Assembly: GCF_041624275.1 (NCBI RefSeq)
Contig: NZ_JBFJVE010000001.1
Span: forward strand, 1-55,731
Direction of reading: 5' to 3'
DNA length: 55,731 bases
DNA from: Shimia sp.
GTDB taxonomy: Bacteria; Pseudomonadota; Alphaproteobacteria; Rhodobacterales; Rhodobacteraceae
The notes under the pieces were generated by a model. That model was not told where the DNA came from. It saw only the letters and a list, made by a program, of their open reading frames with translations, and ran no database searches. The number at the start of each line of letters is the position of its first letter. Position 1 is the stretch's first letter. The position numbers and the translations under genes were made by a program. Positions 1-9,771 of the stretch are shown here, piece by piece.

Positions 1-264
<264 letters not shown>

Positions 265-297
265 TTACCTCTTTGAAATTCTTGTTCAGTCGGACGA

Positions 298-585
298 TCA
301 GGACAGGATGCCCATGATGTCGGATTCTTTCATCATCAGCAGCTCTTCGCCGTCGACGGTCACGTCCTGACCGTTCCACTTGCCGAAGAGCACGCGGTCG
401 CCGACCTTGACGTCCAGCGGGATACGGTCGCCATCGTCGTCGCGCAGACCGGCGCCAACGGCGATGATTTCGCCCTCGGCGGGCTTTTCTTTCGCGCTAT
501 CGGGGATGATAAGGCCGCCTGCGGTTTTCTCTTCGCTTTCAACGCGACGAACCAGCACGCGGTCGTGCAGAGGTGTAAGTGCCAT
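298..585 (-). CDS. groES: Co-chaperonin GroES
   Basis: [10 protein letters not shown]...[15 protein letters not shown]...G signature, 95 aa, upstream of groEL. Confidence 0.98.
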   Translation of the reverse strand: MALTPLHDRVLVRRVESEEKTAGGLIIPDSAKEKPAEGEIIAVGAGLRDDDGDRIPLDVKVGDRVLFGKWNGQDVTVDGEELLMMKESDIMGILS

Positions 586-635
586 TGTCTAGGTTTCCCT
601 AACTAAGTTGTCTCCCTGACTCCTCAGCGGAGTCG

Positions 636-662
636 TTAGCACTCCCTGTCGGCGAGTGCTAA
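636..662. promoter_or_regulatory. CIRCE element (HrcA operator) of groESL
   Basis: Exact consensus TTAGCACTC-N9(cctgtcggc)-GAGTGCTAA, about 50 bp upstream of the groES start. Confidence 0.97.
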
Positions 663-670
663 CAGCGGAA

Positions 671-699
671 TAGCTAGGGGGAGCCAAACCGCGAGTCAA
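671..699 (-). promoter_or_regulatory. Probable groESL promoter (RpoH/RpoD type)
   Basis: Minus strand TTGACT-N17-TAGCTA (extended -10 CCCCTAGCT) immediately upstream of CIRCE. Confidence 0.6.
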
Positions 700-779
700 C
701 AGCCGAATGGGAAAAATTCAAAACCTCGCAGAGGGCGGATTCACGATACCCCTCGCCGCCCCGGGGCACCAATGCCGGA

Positions 780-1442
780 TCAGCCGCCGTCGCCCGCCAG
801 CGCCGACCGACCCTGCGGGCCAAGGTCGTAAACCCCGGTCGCCACCCTGACGAACCAGCCAAGATGGTTCTCGCGCATCATCCGCGTCGCCTCGGCCACC
901 CCTGCCCCCTTGGCCACCACGGCCCCTTTCGAGGCGCCGTTCCGGGCCAGAAACTCGGCGCAACGCCTCATTTCCTGCTTGTAGGCGGTGGTGATCCGGC
1001 CCCGGCTGCCGCCGAGGTTGGGGTCGCCGTCGCGGCGATCAAACTCTTTCAGCAAGGCACCGCGCCGGGGCCGCGACTTGCGCGGCCGGAAGGTGGCCGG
1101 GTCGCAATGGGCCTGCACATGGCCATCCTCGAGCCGCACCGAGAGCACCCCGACACCAAGCCGCCGGCACAGGCCGACATTGCCCTTGAATGTGCGCCAG
1201 CCGCTGCGGCCCGACCAGCGCGGCACCGCGACATAGACCCAGTCGCTGATCTTCTGGCGTGCCACCGCCTGCTGCAGCAGCGTCAGCGAAAACCCGGTCT
1301 TCAGCTCGACGATCACCGGGTCGTCCGCGCCGCGCCGCGCCACCACATCCGCGGCGCCGACCTCGGCCTTGACCTCGAAGCCGCGCGCTTCGAGCCAGGT
1401 CTTTACCGGCAGGTAGAGGTCGGTTTCGCGCAGCTTGGCCAT
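780..1442 (-). CDS. DUF2161-family putative PD-(D/E)XK phosphodiesterase/nuclease
   Basis: RETDLYLPVK...VKAEV..ADVVA...IVELK motif and C-terminal TAYKQ...GWF.R...GVYDL, characteristic of DUF2161. Confidence 0.8.
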   Translation of the reverse strand: MAKLRETDLYLPVKTWLEARGFEVKAEVGAADVVARRGADDPVIVELKTGFSLTLLQQAVARQKISDWVYVAVPRWSGRSGWRTFKGNVGLCRRLGVGVLSVRLEDGHVQAHCDPATFRPRKSRPRRGALLKEFDRRDGDPNLGGSRGRITTAYKQEMRRCAEFLARNGASKGAVVAKGAGVAEATRMMRENHLGWFVRVATGVYDLGPQGRSALAGDGG

Positions 1443-1587
1443 GATCCCTGCTTAGCCTGTCAGGCCAGGGCTGCCAAACCCCTGTTTGCGCCGGACAGCC
1501 GGATGTTTCGCCGGACTGCGCAAGATGGGTTGTCATCCGACCCTTCGCATCTACTATCGCGGGCAATTCGGCAAAGGACGTCTTCCC

Positions 1588-2589
1588 GTGATACGCATCC
1601 TACTGGTTCTTCTGACCCTGATCCTGCCCGCCACGGCACATGCCGCCTGCTCCGGCCCGTCGCAGTTCGAGGCCCTCGCGCCCGAACAGCAGGCCGCGCT
1701 GCGCGACAGGGCGCATCAGGTGCCCTTTGCCCGGGGCGTGCTGTGGCAGATCGAACGGGGCGGTGTGCGGTCCTACGTCGTCGGCACGCTGCACCTGCCC
1801 GATCCGCGCCACGCGGCGACGCTGGACAGGCTTGCGCCGCTGATGCCCAAGGCCGACCGCCTGTTTCTGGAGATGACCACCGAGACCGAGGCCGCGTTCA
1901 TGCGCGATCTCACCTCGGACCCTTCGCACTATCTGATGCCCGCCGGCACCAGCCTGATCGAGGCCCTGGGCGATGAGGCCTGGCAGGGCCTGTTGCCGCA
2001 CCTGAAGGCGCGCGGCGTTCCGCCGGTGATGGCGGCGCGCTACCAGCCCTGGTTCCTCGGCATGACCATGTCGGTGTCGCCCTGCGCCCTGCGGGTGCTG
2101 CAATCGGGCCAGCCCGGCCTTGACCGGCTGATCGAGCGCCGGGCGCTGGACCTGGGGCTGGAGACCCGGTCGCTGGACAGCCCCGAGGCGATGCTCGCGA
2201 CCTTTTCCGCAAGCCCGCTGGACAGCCAGATCGACGATTTGAAACAGGCGATCGGCGCCGGCACCATCGACGCCGAGGACACGGCGGCGCTGATCGCGCT
2301 GTATTTCGCCGGCGAAACCCAGCTGGCCTGGGATTTCAGCGCCCACACCGTTCTGACCACCGCGCAGAGGAACGGGGTTTCCGGGATGGAGGGGCAACTG
2401 CAACGGCTGGAGCAGGACCTGCTGACCGACCGCAACCGCCAGTGGTTGGAGATTCTGGTCGCGGAACTGCGCCATGCGCCGGCGGTGGTCGCCGTCGGGG
2501 CCCTGCACCTGCCCGGAGAACAGGGTCTTCTGGCCGGGTTGCAGCGGGCCGGCTTTACCGTCGAGCGCATCGAAATCCGCCGCGACTGA
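1588..2589 (+). CDS. TraB/GumN (Tiki-like) family exported protein
   Basis: GTG start at 1588 after AAGGA; signal peptide ending AHA-A; motifs LWQI...SYVVGTLH, DRN..W, VAVGALHLPGEQGLL. Confidence 0.88.
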   Translation: MIRILLVLLTLILPATAHAACSGPSQFEALAPEQQAALRDRAHQVPFARGVLWQIERGGVRSYVVGTLHLPDPRHAATLDRLAPLMPKADRLFLEMTTETEAAFMRDLTSDPSHYLMPAGTSLIEALGDEAWQGLLPHLKARGVPPVMAARYQPWFLGMTMSVSPCALRVLQSGQPGLDRLIERRALDLGLETRSLDSPEAMLATFSASPLDSQIDDLKQAIGAGTIDAEDTAALIALYFAGETQLAWDFSAHTVLTTAQRNGVSGMEGQLQRLEQDLLTDRNRQWLEILVAELRHAPAVVAVGALHLPGEQGLLAGLQRAGFTVERIEIRRD

Positions 2590-2610
2590 CCGCGCGCAGC
2601 CCCTCGCGAC

Positions 2611-2624
2611 GCTGCAATGCAGCA
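2611..2624. promoter_or_regulatory. Candidate PhaR (AniA)-type box upstream of ppaC
   Basis: Intergenic palindrome GCTGC-aat-GCAGC(A), fitting the CTGC-N3-GCAG / TGC-N3-GCA motif described for alphaproteobacterial PhaR. Confidence 0.4.
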
Positions 2625-2741
2625 ACACATTTCACAGAGCCACAGACTCCTCGTCGCAGGGGCCGGCGCGGGGCGTGACAAGCCCGGCGGCAGACCCTAT
2701 AAGCGCGCCAAATCGCCCCTTCCAGACAAGGAACCGTTCAG

Positions 2742-3662
2742 ATGACAACGCTCGTTTTTGGCCATAAATCCCCCGACACCGATTCCACCGGCTCGCCGCT
2801 GATCTGGGCCTGGTATCTCAATGAAGTGAAAGGCGTCGATGCCAAGGCCGTGCTGCTGGGCCAGCCCAACACCGAAGCCGCCTTCATGCTGGAACGCTGG
2901 GGCTTCGACATGCTCGACACCATCGAGGACGTGGCCGACGGCCAGCCCTGCGTCGTGGTCGACACCAACAACCCGGCCGAGCTGCCGGCCAATATCAACG
3001 GCGCCGACGTGCAGCAGATCATCGACCACCACAAGCTGGTCGGCGGGCTGGAAACCAAGGGCCCGATCGACATCACCATCCGTCCCGTGGCCTGCACCGC
3101 GACCATCATGTACGACCTGATGGGCGACGATGTTGCCAAGATGCCCGAGGCCATCAAGGGCGCGGCGCTGACCTGCATCCTGTCGGACACGCTGGAGTTC
3201 CGCTCGCCGACCACCACCGACCGCGACCGCGAGGTGGTTGCCGCCCTGGCCGCCGACCTCGGCGTCGACGTCACCGAATATGCCGCCGAGATGTTCGCCG
3301 CCAAATCCGACGTTTCGGCCTTTTCCGATGCGGACCTGATCCGCATGGATTCGAAGAAATACGAAGTCGACGGCGTCCAGTTCCGGGTCTCGGTTCTGGA
3401 AACCACCGCGCCCGAGATCCCGCTTGGCCGCAAGGCCTCGCTGATGGAGACCTATGCCACGGTGCAGGCCGAGGACGGCGTCGACCAGGTGCTGCTCTTC
3501 GTGGTCGACATCCTGAAGGAAGAAGCCACGCTGCTGGTGCCCAACGACGTGGTCAAGGGTGTCGCCGAAAAGAGCTTTGGCGCCACGGTCGAGGGCGATG
3601 CGGTGGTGCTGCCCGGCATCATGAGCCGCAAGAAGCAGATCATCCCCAACCTCAAGGTGTGA
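2742..3662 (+). CDS. ppaC: Manganese-dependent inorganic pyrophosphatase (family II, DHH)
   Basis: GHKSPDTDS, IIDHH, ILSDTL, D.KKY and C-terminal MSRKKQIIP motifs. Confidence 0.96.
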   Translation: MTTLVFGHKSPDTDSTGSPLIWAWYLNEVKGVDAKAVLLGQPNTEAAFMLERWGFDMLDTIEDVADGQPCVVVDTNNPAELPANINGADVQQIIDHHKLVGGLETKGPIDITIRPVACTATIMYDLMGDDVAKMPEAIKGAALTCILSDTLEFRSPTTTDRDREVVAALAADLGVDVTEYAAEMFAAKSDVSAFSDADLIRMDSKKYEVDGVQFRVSVLETTAPEIPLGRKASLMETYATVQAEDGVDQVLLFVVDILKEEATLLVPNDVVKGVAEKSFGATVEGDAVVLPGIMSRKKQIIPNLKV

Positions 3663-3696
3663 TCGCCGGGATCCGGCTTTCGGACACTGACAGAAC

Positions 3697-3730
3697 GCGG
3701 GCCGGAGTTCACGGGACTCCGGCCCGCTTT
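3697..3730 (+). terminator. Intrinsic terminator after ppaC
   Basis: Stem GCGGGCCGGAGTTC-acg-GGACTCCGGCCCGC followed by TTT. Confidence 0.7.
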
Positions 3731-3813
3731 GCGTTGCCGCCGATGGTTGGCACTGGTCATGGCGCGCCTGCTTTGCGATACAGGCCCTGCCGCAACGCGA
3801 CAGGAGCCCCGCA

Positions 3814-4692
3814 ATGACCCGGATCATCTCATCTCTCGCCGAAATCTCTGACCGCTATCAGGCCCTGTTCGTGGACCTCTGGGGCTGTGTCCACAACGGC
3901 GTCAGCGCCTTTCCCGAGGCGGTCGCGGCGCTGACCGACTACCGCCGCAGGGGCGGCATCGTGGTGCTGGTGACCAATTCGCCCAAGCCCCGCGCCGGCG
4001 TCGCCACCCAGCTCGCCCAGTTCGGTGTCCCGGCCGAGGCCTATGACACCATCGCCACCTCGGGCGATTCTGCCCGCGCCGCGATGTTCACCGGCGCCGT
4101 CGGCTCCAAGGTCTATTTCATGGGCGAATGGGCCCGCGACGAAGGGTTCTTCCAGCCGCTTGAGGTGATCGAGACCCCGACCCCGATCACCCGCGTGCCG
4201 CTGGCCGAGGCCGAGGGCATCGTCTGCTGCGGCCCCTTCGACCCGATGGCCGACCCGGCGGTCAACCGCGCCGGTTTCCTCTATGCCAAGACCAAGGGGC
4301 TGAAACTGCTCTGCGCCAACCCCGACATCGTCGTCGACCGGGGCGAGACCCGCGAATGGTGCGCCGGGGCCCTGGCGCGGCTGTACACGGAAATGGGCGG
4401 TGAAAGCCTCTATTTCGGCAAGCCGCACCCGCCGATCTATGATCTGGCACGGCGCCGGCTGGCGGCGCTGGGGGTCGACATTCCCGACAGCGCCATCCTG
4501 GCGATCGGCGACGGGGCGCAGACCGATATTGCCGGCGCCATGGGCGAGGATCTCGATTCCCTGTTCATCTCGGGCGGCCTTGCCGCGCAGGAGACCGCAA
4601 CCACGCGCGACCCGGACCCTGCGGCGCTGGAGGCCTATCTCGCGGGCGAAAAATCCGCGCCGACCTACACCATCGGACAGTTGCGACCTTAA
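3814..4692 (+). CDS. HAD-superfamily class IIA hydrolase (TIGR01459-like)
   Basis: DLWGCVHNG, VTNSP, CANPD, GKPH, IGDG..TDI HAD-IIA motifs. Confidence 0.9.
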   Translation: MTRIISSLAEISDRYQALFVDLWGCVHNGVSAFPEAVAALTDYRRRGGIVVLVTNSPKPRAGVATQLAQFGVPAEAYDTIATSGDSARAAMFTGAVGSKVYFMGEWARDEGFFQPLEVIETPTPITRVPLAEAEGIVCCGPFDPMADPAVNRAGFLYAKTKGLKLLCANPDIVVDRGETREWCAGALARLYTEMGGESLYFGKPHPPIYDLARRRLAALGVDIPDSAILAIGDGAQTDIAGAMGEDLDSLFISGGLAAQETATTRDPDPAALEAYLAGEKSAPTYTIGQLRP

Positions 4693-4791
4693 GATTAGGG
4701 GTTGATTTTCTGCGCCTGCAAAGTAATAAAGTTGCGGAGCGGCTGTCAGGGGGGTCGCAATATTACTCACTCAACAGACCAGGAGGGTGGA

Positions 4792-5235
4792 ATGTTGGAC
4801 AATCTGCCGCGCGGAACCATCTGCATCGAAGACATCGAAATGGGCATGTCCCGCCATCTGCGCAAGGTGGTGACCGATGAGGATATCGAGATGTTCGCCC
4901 AGGTCTCGACCGACCGCAACCCGGTGCATCTGGACGACGATTATGCCAATGACACCATCTTCGAGGGCCGCATCGCCCATGGCATGCTGACCGCCGGGCT
5001 GATCTCGGCGGTGATCGGCGAGCAGCTGCCGGGCCATGGCACCGTCTACATGGGCCAGACTCTCAAGTTCCTTGCCCCGGTGCGCCCCGGCGACATGGTC
5101 TATGCCGAGGTCAAGGTGGTGGATATCGACCATGCCAAGCGGCGGGTGAAGCTTGACTGCCATTGCGCGGTGGACGGCAAGAAGGTGCTGATCGGCGAGG
5201 CCATGGTGCTGGCCCCGTCGCGCAAGTTCGACTGA
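4792..5235 (+). CDS. MaoC-family (R)-specific enoyl-CoA hydratase, PhaJ-like
   Basis: ATG at 4792 after AGGAGG; hydratase-2 motif STDRNPVHLD...RIAHGML. Confidence 0.88.
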   Translation: MLDNLPRGTICIEDIEMGMSRHLRKVVTDEDIEMFAQVSTDRNPVHLDDDYANDTIFEGRIAHGMLTAGLISAVIGEQLPGHGTVYMGQTLKFLAPVRPGDMVYAEVKVVDIDHAKRRVKLDCHCAVDGKKVLIGEAMVLAPSRKFD

Positions 5236-5319
5236 ACCGGCGCCGGTGACGGGCGGTTTCGGGGCCACGAGGCCGCCGCCCCCTTGCAAGCCCCCCCGCA
5301 AATAGCTACCCCGGCTTTC

Positions 5320-6252
5320 ATGCGGATTATTCGAGACTACCAATACGTGGATGCAAAGGATCGGGGCGCCAGCGCCGCGATCGGCAATTTCGACGGCGTG
5401 CACCTGGGCCACCAGTCGGTGATCGACATCGCCCGCGAGGCCGGCGGCGACGCGCCTCTGGGCGTCGTGACCTTCGAGCCCCACCCGCGGGAATTCTTTG
5501 CTCCCGATGCCGCCCCCTTCCGGCTGACCAATGCCGACACCCGGGCCCACCGGCTCGACAAGCTGGGGGTCGAGCGGCTGTACGAGCTGCCCTTCAACGC
5601 CACCCTGTCGGCGCTCAGCCCCGAGGAGTTCGCCCGCGACGTGCTGGCCCGGGGGCTGGGGCTGACCCATGTGGTGGTCGGCGCCGACTTCTGTTTCGGC
5701 AAGGGGCGCGCCGGCAATGCCGAGGACCTGCGGCGCTTTGGCGCCGAGATGGGCTTTGGCGTCACCATCGCCCCGCTGCTCAGGGGCAGCGGCGAGCAGG
5801 TCTCGTCGACCGCGATCCGCAAGGCGCTGAGCGACGGGCGACCGCGGGACGCCAAGGAGATGCTGGGCCACTGGCACCGAATCGACGGGCCGGTGATCGG
5901 CGGCGATCAGCGCGGCCGCGAGCTGGGCTTTCCCACCGCCAACATGTCGATCGACGGGCTGCACCCGCCGAAATTCGGCGTCTACGCGGTGCTGGTCGAC
6001 GTGCTCGACGGGCCGCACCGTGGCAGCTATCAGGGCGCGGCCTCGGTCGGCGTGCGCCCGATGTTCGGCATCAACAAGGCCAATATCGAAACCTTCCTCT
6101 TCGATTTCTCGGGCGATCTTTATGGCGCCGAACTGTCGATCGCGCTGATCGAGTTCCTGCGCCCGGAATGGAAGTTCGACAGTCTCGAGGCCCTGATCGC
6201 CCAGATCGACGCCGACTGCGCGCAATGCCGCGACATCCTGAGCGCCCTATGA
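5320..6252 (+). CDS. ribF: Bifunctional riboflavin kinase/FAD synthetase
   Basis: GNFDGVHLGH, TFEPHP, VSSTAIR, GRELGFPTAN, FDFSGDLYG motifs; ATG at 5320. Confidence 0.97.
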   Translation: MRIIRDYQYVDAKDRGASAAIGNFDGVHLGHQSVIDIAREAGGDAPLGVVTFEPHPREFFAPDAAPFRLTNADTRAHRLDKLGVERLYELPFNATLSALSPEEFARDVLARGLGLTHVVVGADFCFGKGRAGNAEDLRRFGAEMGFGVTIAPLLRGSGEQVSSTAIRKALSDGRPRDAKEMLGHWHRIDGPVIGGDQRGRELGFPTANMSIDGLHPPKFGVYAVLVDVLDGPHRGSYQGAASVGVRPMFGINKANIETFLFDFSGDLYGAELSIALIEFLRPEWKFDSLEALIAQIDADCAQCRDILSAL

Positions 6253-6722
6253 AACGCGACCCGATCGACCGCAGCGGGCTGGCCCGGCGCTTCTGGGAAA
6301 GGAAACCGCTGAGCAAGCTTTCCGAACGCGAATGGGAGGCGCTGTGCGACGGCTGCGGCAAATGCTGTCTCAACAAGCTCGAGGACGCCGATACCGGCGA
6401 GGTGGCGCTGACCTGCGTCGCCTGCCGGCTGCTGGACGATGACAGCTGCCGCTGCACGCAATACGACATCCGCCACCAGTTCGTGCCCGAATGCATCGTG
6501 CTGAAGCCCTCGAACATCGACAGCCACGCCTATTGGATGCCCCGCACCTGTGCCTACCGGCTGCTCTGGGAGGGCAAGCCCCTGTTCGACTGGCACCCGC
6601 TGATCTCGGGCGATGCGCAATCGGTGCACGAGGCCGGGGTCTCGGTGCGGCACCGCACGGTGTCAGAGTTCGAAACCCCCGAGGACGAGTGGGAAGACCA
6701 CATCATCGAGGAGCCCCTGTAA
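6249..6722 (+). CDS. YcgN (UPF0260) cysteine-cluster protein
   Basis: EWEALCDGCGKCCLNKL...C.LLD...C..Y...WMPRTCAYR; overlaps the ribF stop (ATGA). Confidence 0.9.
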   Translation: MKRDPIDRSGLARRFWERKPLSKLSEREWEALCDGCGKCCLNKLEDADTGEVALTCVACRLLDDDSCRCTQYDIRHQFVPECIVLKPSNIDSHAYWMPRTCAYRLLWEGKPLFDWHPLISGDAQSVHEAGVSVRHRTVSEFETPEDEWEDHIIEEPL

Positions 6723-7768
6723 TGTTCTTTGCCTCCGACAATTCCGGCCCGGCGCATCCGGCCATTCTCGACGCGATGACGCGGGCCAATGACGGCTATG
6801 CCATGCCCTATGGCGCCGACCCGATCATGGACGAGGTGCGCGCCGCGATCCGCGAGATCTTCGAAGCCCCCGAGGCGGCGGTCTATCTGGTCGCCACCGG
6901 CACGGCGGCCAATTCGCTGGCGCTGGCGACGCTGTGCCAGCCCTTCGAGACGGTGTTCTGTTCGCCGGTGGCCCATATCCACGAGGACGAGTGCAACGCG
7001 CCCGAGTTCTTCACCGGCGGCGCCAAGCTGACGCTGGTCGGCGATGGCGACAGGATGAGCGCCGCGGCGCTGCGCCGGGCCATCGAGGCCGAGGAAACCC
7101 GGGGCGTGCACGGCCCCCAGCGCGGGCCGGTGTCGATCACGCAGGTCACCGAGCGCGGCACCGTCTATGGGCGCGAGGAGATCGCCGGCTTATGCGAGGT
7201 GGCGCATGGTTACGGCCTGCCGGTGCATCTGGACGGGGCGCGCTTTGCCAATGCGCTCGAGACCCTCGGCTGTTCACCGGCCGAGATGACCTGGAAGGCG
7301 GGCGTCGACGTGGTCAGCTTCGGCGGCACCAAGAACGGCTGTGTCGGGGTCGAGGCGGTGATCCTGTTCGACCCTGCCAAGGCACGCGAGTTCGAACTGC
7401 GGCGCAAGCGCGGCGCGCATCTGTTTTCCAAGCACCGCTATCTTTCGGCGCAGATGCAGGCCTATCTTGCCGATGACCTGTGGCGCGAGAATGCCGCCCG
7501 GGCCAACCGCAACTGCGCCCGGCTGGCCGAGGGGCTGCGCGCCATCGACGGCGTCACCTTTCAGCACGACCCGCAGGCCAACATGATCTTCTGCGCCTTT
7601 CCCCGCGCCGCCCATCTCCGGCTGCACGCGGCCGGGGCGCTTTACTACGTCTGGTCCGGCAATCTGGAGGGCGACGACCCCGAAGAGATGCTGGGGGCGC
7701 GGCTGGTCTGCGACTGGTCGATCGCCACGCAGGAGATCGACCGTTTCATCGACCTCGTGCGCGGCTGA
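6722..7768 (+). CDS. ltaE: Low-specificity L-threonine aldolase
   Basis: MFFASDN, TGTAAN, HLDGARFANA, SFGGTKNG (PLP lysine); start coupled to the ycgN stop (TAATG). Confidence 0.9.
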   Translation: MFFASDNSGPAHPAILDAMTRANDGYAMPYGADPIMDEVRAAIREIFEAPEAAVYLVATGTAANSLALATLCQPFETVFCSPVAHIHEDECNAPEFFTGGAKLTLVGDGDRMSAAALRRAIEAEETRGVHGPQRGPVSITQVTERGTVYGREEIAGLCEVAHGYGLPVHLDGARFANALETLGCSPAEMTWKAGVDVVSFGGTKNGCVGVEAVILFDPAKAREFELRRKRGAHLFSKHRYLSAQMQAYLADDLWRENAARANRNCARLAEGLRAIDGVTFQHDPQANMIFCAFPRAAHLRLHAAGALYYVWSGNLEGDDPEEMLGARLVCDWSIATQEIDRFIDLVRG

Positions 7769-7774
7769 GCCGGC

Positions 7775-9304
7775 TCAGGCGCAAAGCCGCCTGATGCGCT
7801 CGGGTGACCGGTGGGCATCGGCGGCGGCGCGCAGGCGTGCCCGCAGGCAGGCCAGCACCGTGTCGATGGTCGCCTGCATGAAGGGGTGGGCCTGCTGTGA
7901 CGGGTCGCGATCGGCAAGCTGCCGCCGCAATAGGCGCCAACGGCCGAGGGCGGCGTCGATCTCGGGACTTTGCCAGCGGCTCTGCTCGGCCACCACGAAG
8001 CCATCGAAAGCATCGCCGGGTGCCCCCGGCGCGAGACGCGTGGACAGCGCGCGGGCATGGATGCCGTTGGCGCCTTCGTAGATCGCGGTGATCCGGGCGT
8101 CGCGATAGGTCTGTTCGACCCGGTATTCGCGCAGGTAGCCATAGCCGCCGAGCACCTGCATCGCCAGTTCGGCAGCACGCATGCCGGCCTCGGTGCAATA
8201 GACCTTGGCGACCGGGGTCAGGAACGCGACCAGATCGGGATCGTCGCCCGCCTCCATGGCGACGAATGCAAGATGAACAAGGGCGCGGCCGCTGACCGCG
8301 AGCCAGTCGATTTCATCGAGCATGCGCCGCACGTCGGCATGCGCCTCGAGCGCGACCGGCCGGCCGTCGCCCCCCCTGCCCTGTACCCGCTCGGCGGCAT
8401 AGCTGCTGGCGATGTCATGCGCGCGGGCGGCATGGGCCACCCCCTGAAGCGCGACGTCGGCCCGGGCGTGGTTCATCATCGTGAACATCGCCGCCAGCCC
8501 CTGCCCCTCGGCCCCGATCAGCTCGGCCTCGGCGGCGTCGAAGGCAAGCTGGCAGGTCGGCGAGGCATGCAGGCCCATCTTCTCTTCGATCCGGGTCACG
8601 GTGACCGCGTTGCGGCTGCCATCGGCGCGGGTGCAGGGGCAGAGGAACAGCGACAGCCCCTTGACCCCCTCGTCCGAGGTGCGCGCCAGCACCAGATGCA
8701 GGATGCTTTCGCTCATGTCCTGATCGCCGCCCGAGATGAAGATCTTTTCGCCGCTGATCGCCCAGCCGTCGCTGCGGGGGGTGGCCTTGCAGCGCACGCG
8801 CGACAGGTCGGAACCCGCGCCGGGTTCGGTCAGGCACATGGTGGCCAGCGTTGCGCCCGAGGCCAGCGGCGGGATGTGGCGCGACTTCTGCGCCTCGGTG
8901 CCAAAGCGCAGCAGGGTGCGCACCGCGCCGGGCACGAGGCCGGTGACCATCTGCAGGCTGTGGTTGGCGCCCGAGAAGATCTCGGAGGTGATGGCCAGCA
9001 TCAGCGCCCCGAGCCCCTGACCGCCATAGGCCTCGGGCACGGTCAGAGACGGCCAGCCCTGTTCGGCATAGGCGCGGTAGACCTCGGCAAACCCGTCGGG
9101 CATGGCGACGCGCCCGCCCTTCAGGGAACAGCCCTGCAAGTCGCCGGTTTCGTCCAGCGGGGCGATCTCACCCTCGGCGAAGGCGGCGAAATGGCCGCCG
9201 ATCTCGGCTGCGAATTCGGCGTCCCAGTCAGGCAGGCCGGTCGCGCCGGCGACATGTTCAAGAGAAAACAGGATGTCGGCGAGCGGGGCTTCGAACGGTT
9301 TCAT
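7775..9304 (-). CDS. Acyl-CoA dehydrogenase (DmdC/FadE-like long type); probable arylpropionyl-CoA dehydrogenase
   Basis: MCLTEPGAGSD, GEKIFISGG, EEKMGLHASPT, QVLGGYGY, IYEGANG; last gene of the phenylpropanoid operon. Confidence 0.88.
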   Translation of the reverse strand: MKPFEAPLADILFSLEHVAGATGLPDWDAEFAAEIGGHFAAFAEGEIAPLDETGDLQGCSLKGGRVAMPDGFAEVYRAYAEQGWPSLTVPEAYGGQGLGALMLAITSEIFSGANHSLQMVTGLVPGAVRTLLRFGTEAQKSRHIPPLASGATLATMCLTEPGAGSDLSRVRCKATPRSDGWAISGEKIFISGGDQDMSESILHLVLARTSDEGVKGLSLFLCPCTRADGSRNAVTVTRIEEKMGLHASPTCQLAFDAAEAELIGAEGQGLAAMFTMMNHARADVALQGVAHAARAHDIASSYAAERVQGRGGDGRPVALEAHADVRRMLDEIDWLAVSGRALVHLAFVAMEAGDDPDLVAFLTPVAKVYCTEAGMRAAELAMQVLGGYGYLREYRVEQTYRDARITAIYEGANGIHARALSTRLAPGAPGDAFDGFVVAEQSRWQSPEIDAALGRWRLLRRQLADRDPSQQAHPFMQATIDTVLACLRARLRAAADAHRSPERIRRLCA

Positions 9305-9306
9305 GG

Positions 9307-9771
9307 TCAGGTCACCTTGTAATAGTCGATTTCGACGGCCGAGGCGCGGCGCAGGCCGGCACAGAGGAACAGCATGTGATTGACCCAGCGGTAGCGCGCA
9401 TCCCCGGTTTCGAGACGCGCGGCGGTGCGCATGTAATAGGTCGCCGGGTCGACCTCTTCGCAGGCGGCGAGGCGGTCCATTAGTTCGGGCGGGCCGTGCC
9501 GGGTGCCGATATTGACGATCTCGATCACCGCGCCGTCACCGGTCTTCAGCGCATAGCGCGTGTCGAGATGGGCGGCGCCGTCGTCGAAAACGGTCTGCCA
9601 GTCGGCGCCGAGGTTCAGCACCTCGCCGCGAATGTCGGGGCCCAGCGCCGCGCCGCCGATGATCGGGATGATGCGGCGCCCGCCGGCCCGGCCCCGGCCG
9701 ATCTCGATCGGCGCCGCCAGATCGACCCGCAGGCTGAAGGACAGCGCCAGCCCCGGAACCGGAGCCCGCAT
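9307..9771 (-). CDS. DUF3237 (UPF0311) domain protein
   Basis: RRIIPIIGG...GADWQ...LDTRY.L.T.DGA.I...YYMRT...ETG..RY.W.N pattern. Confidence 0.85.
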   Translation of the reverse strand: MRAPVPGLALSFSLRVDLAAPIEIGRGRAGGRRIIPIIGGAALGPDIRGEVLNLGADWQTVFDDGAAHLDTRYALKTGDGAVIEIVNIGTRHGPPELMDRLAACEEVDPATYYMRTAARLETGDARYRWVNHMLFLCAGLRRASAVEIDYYKVT

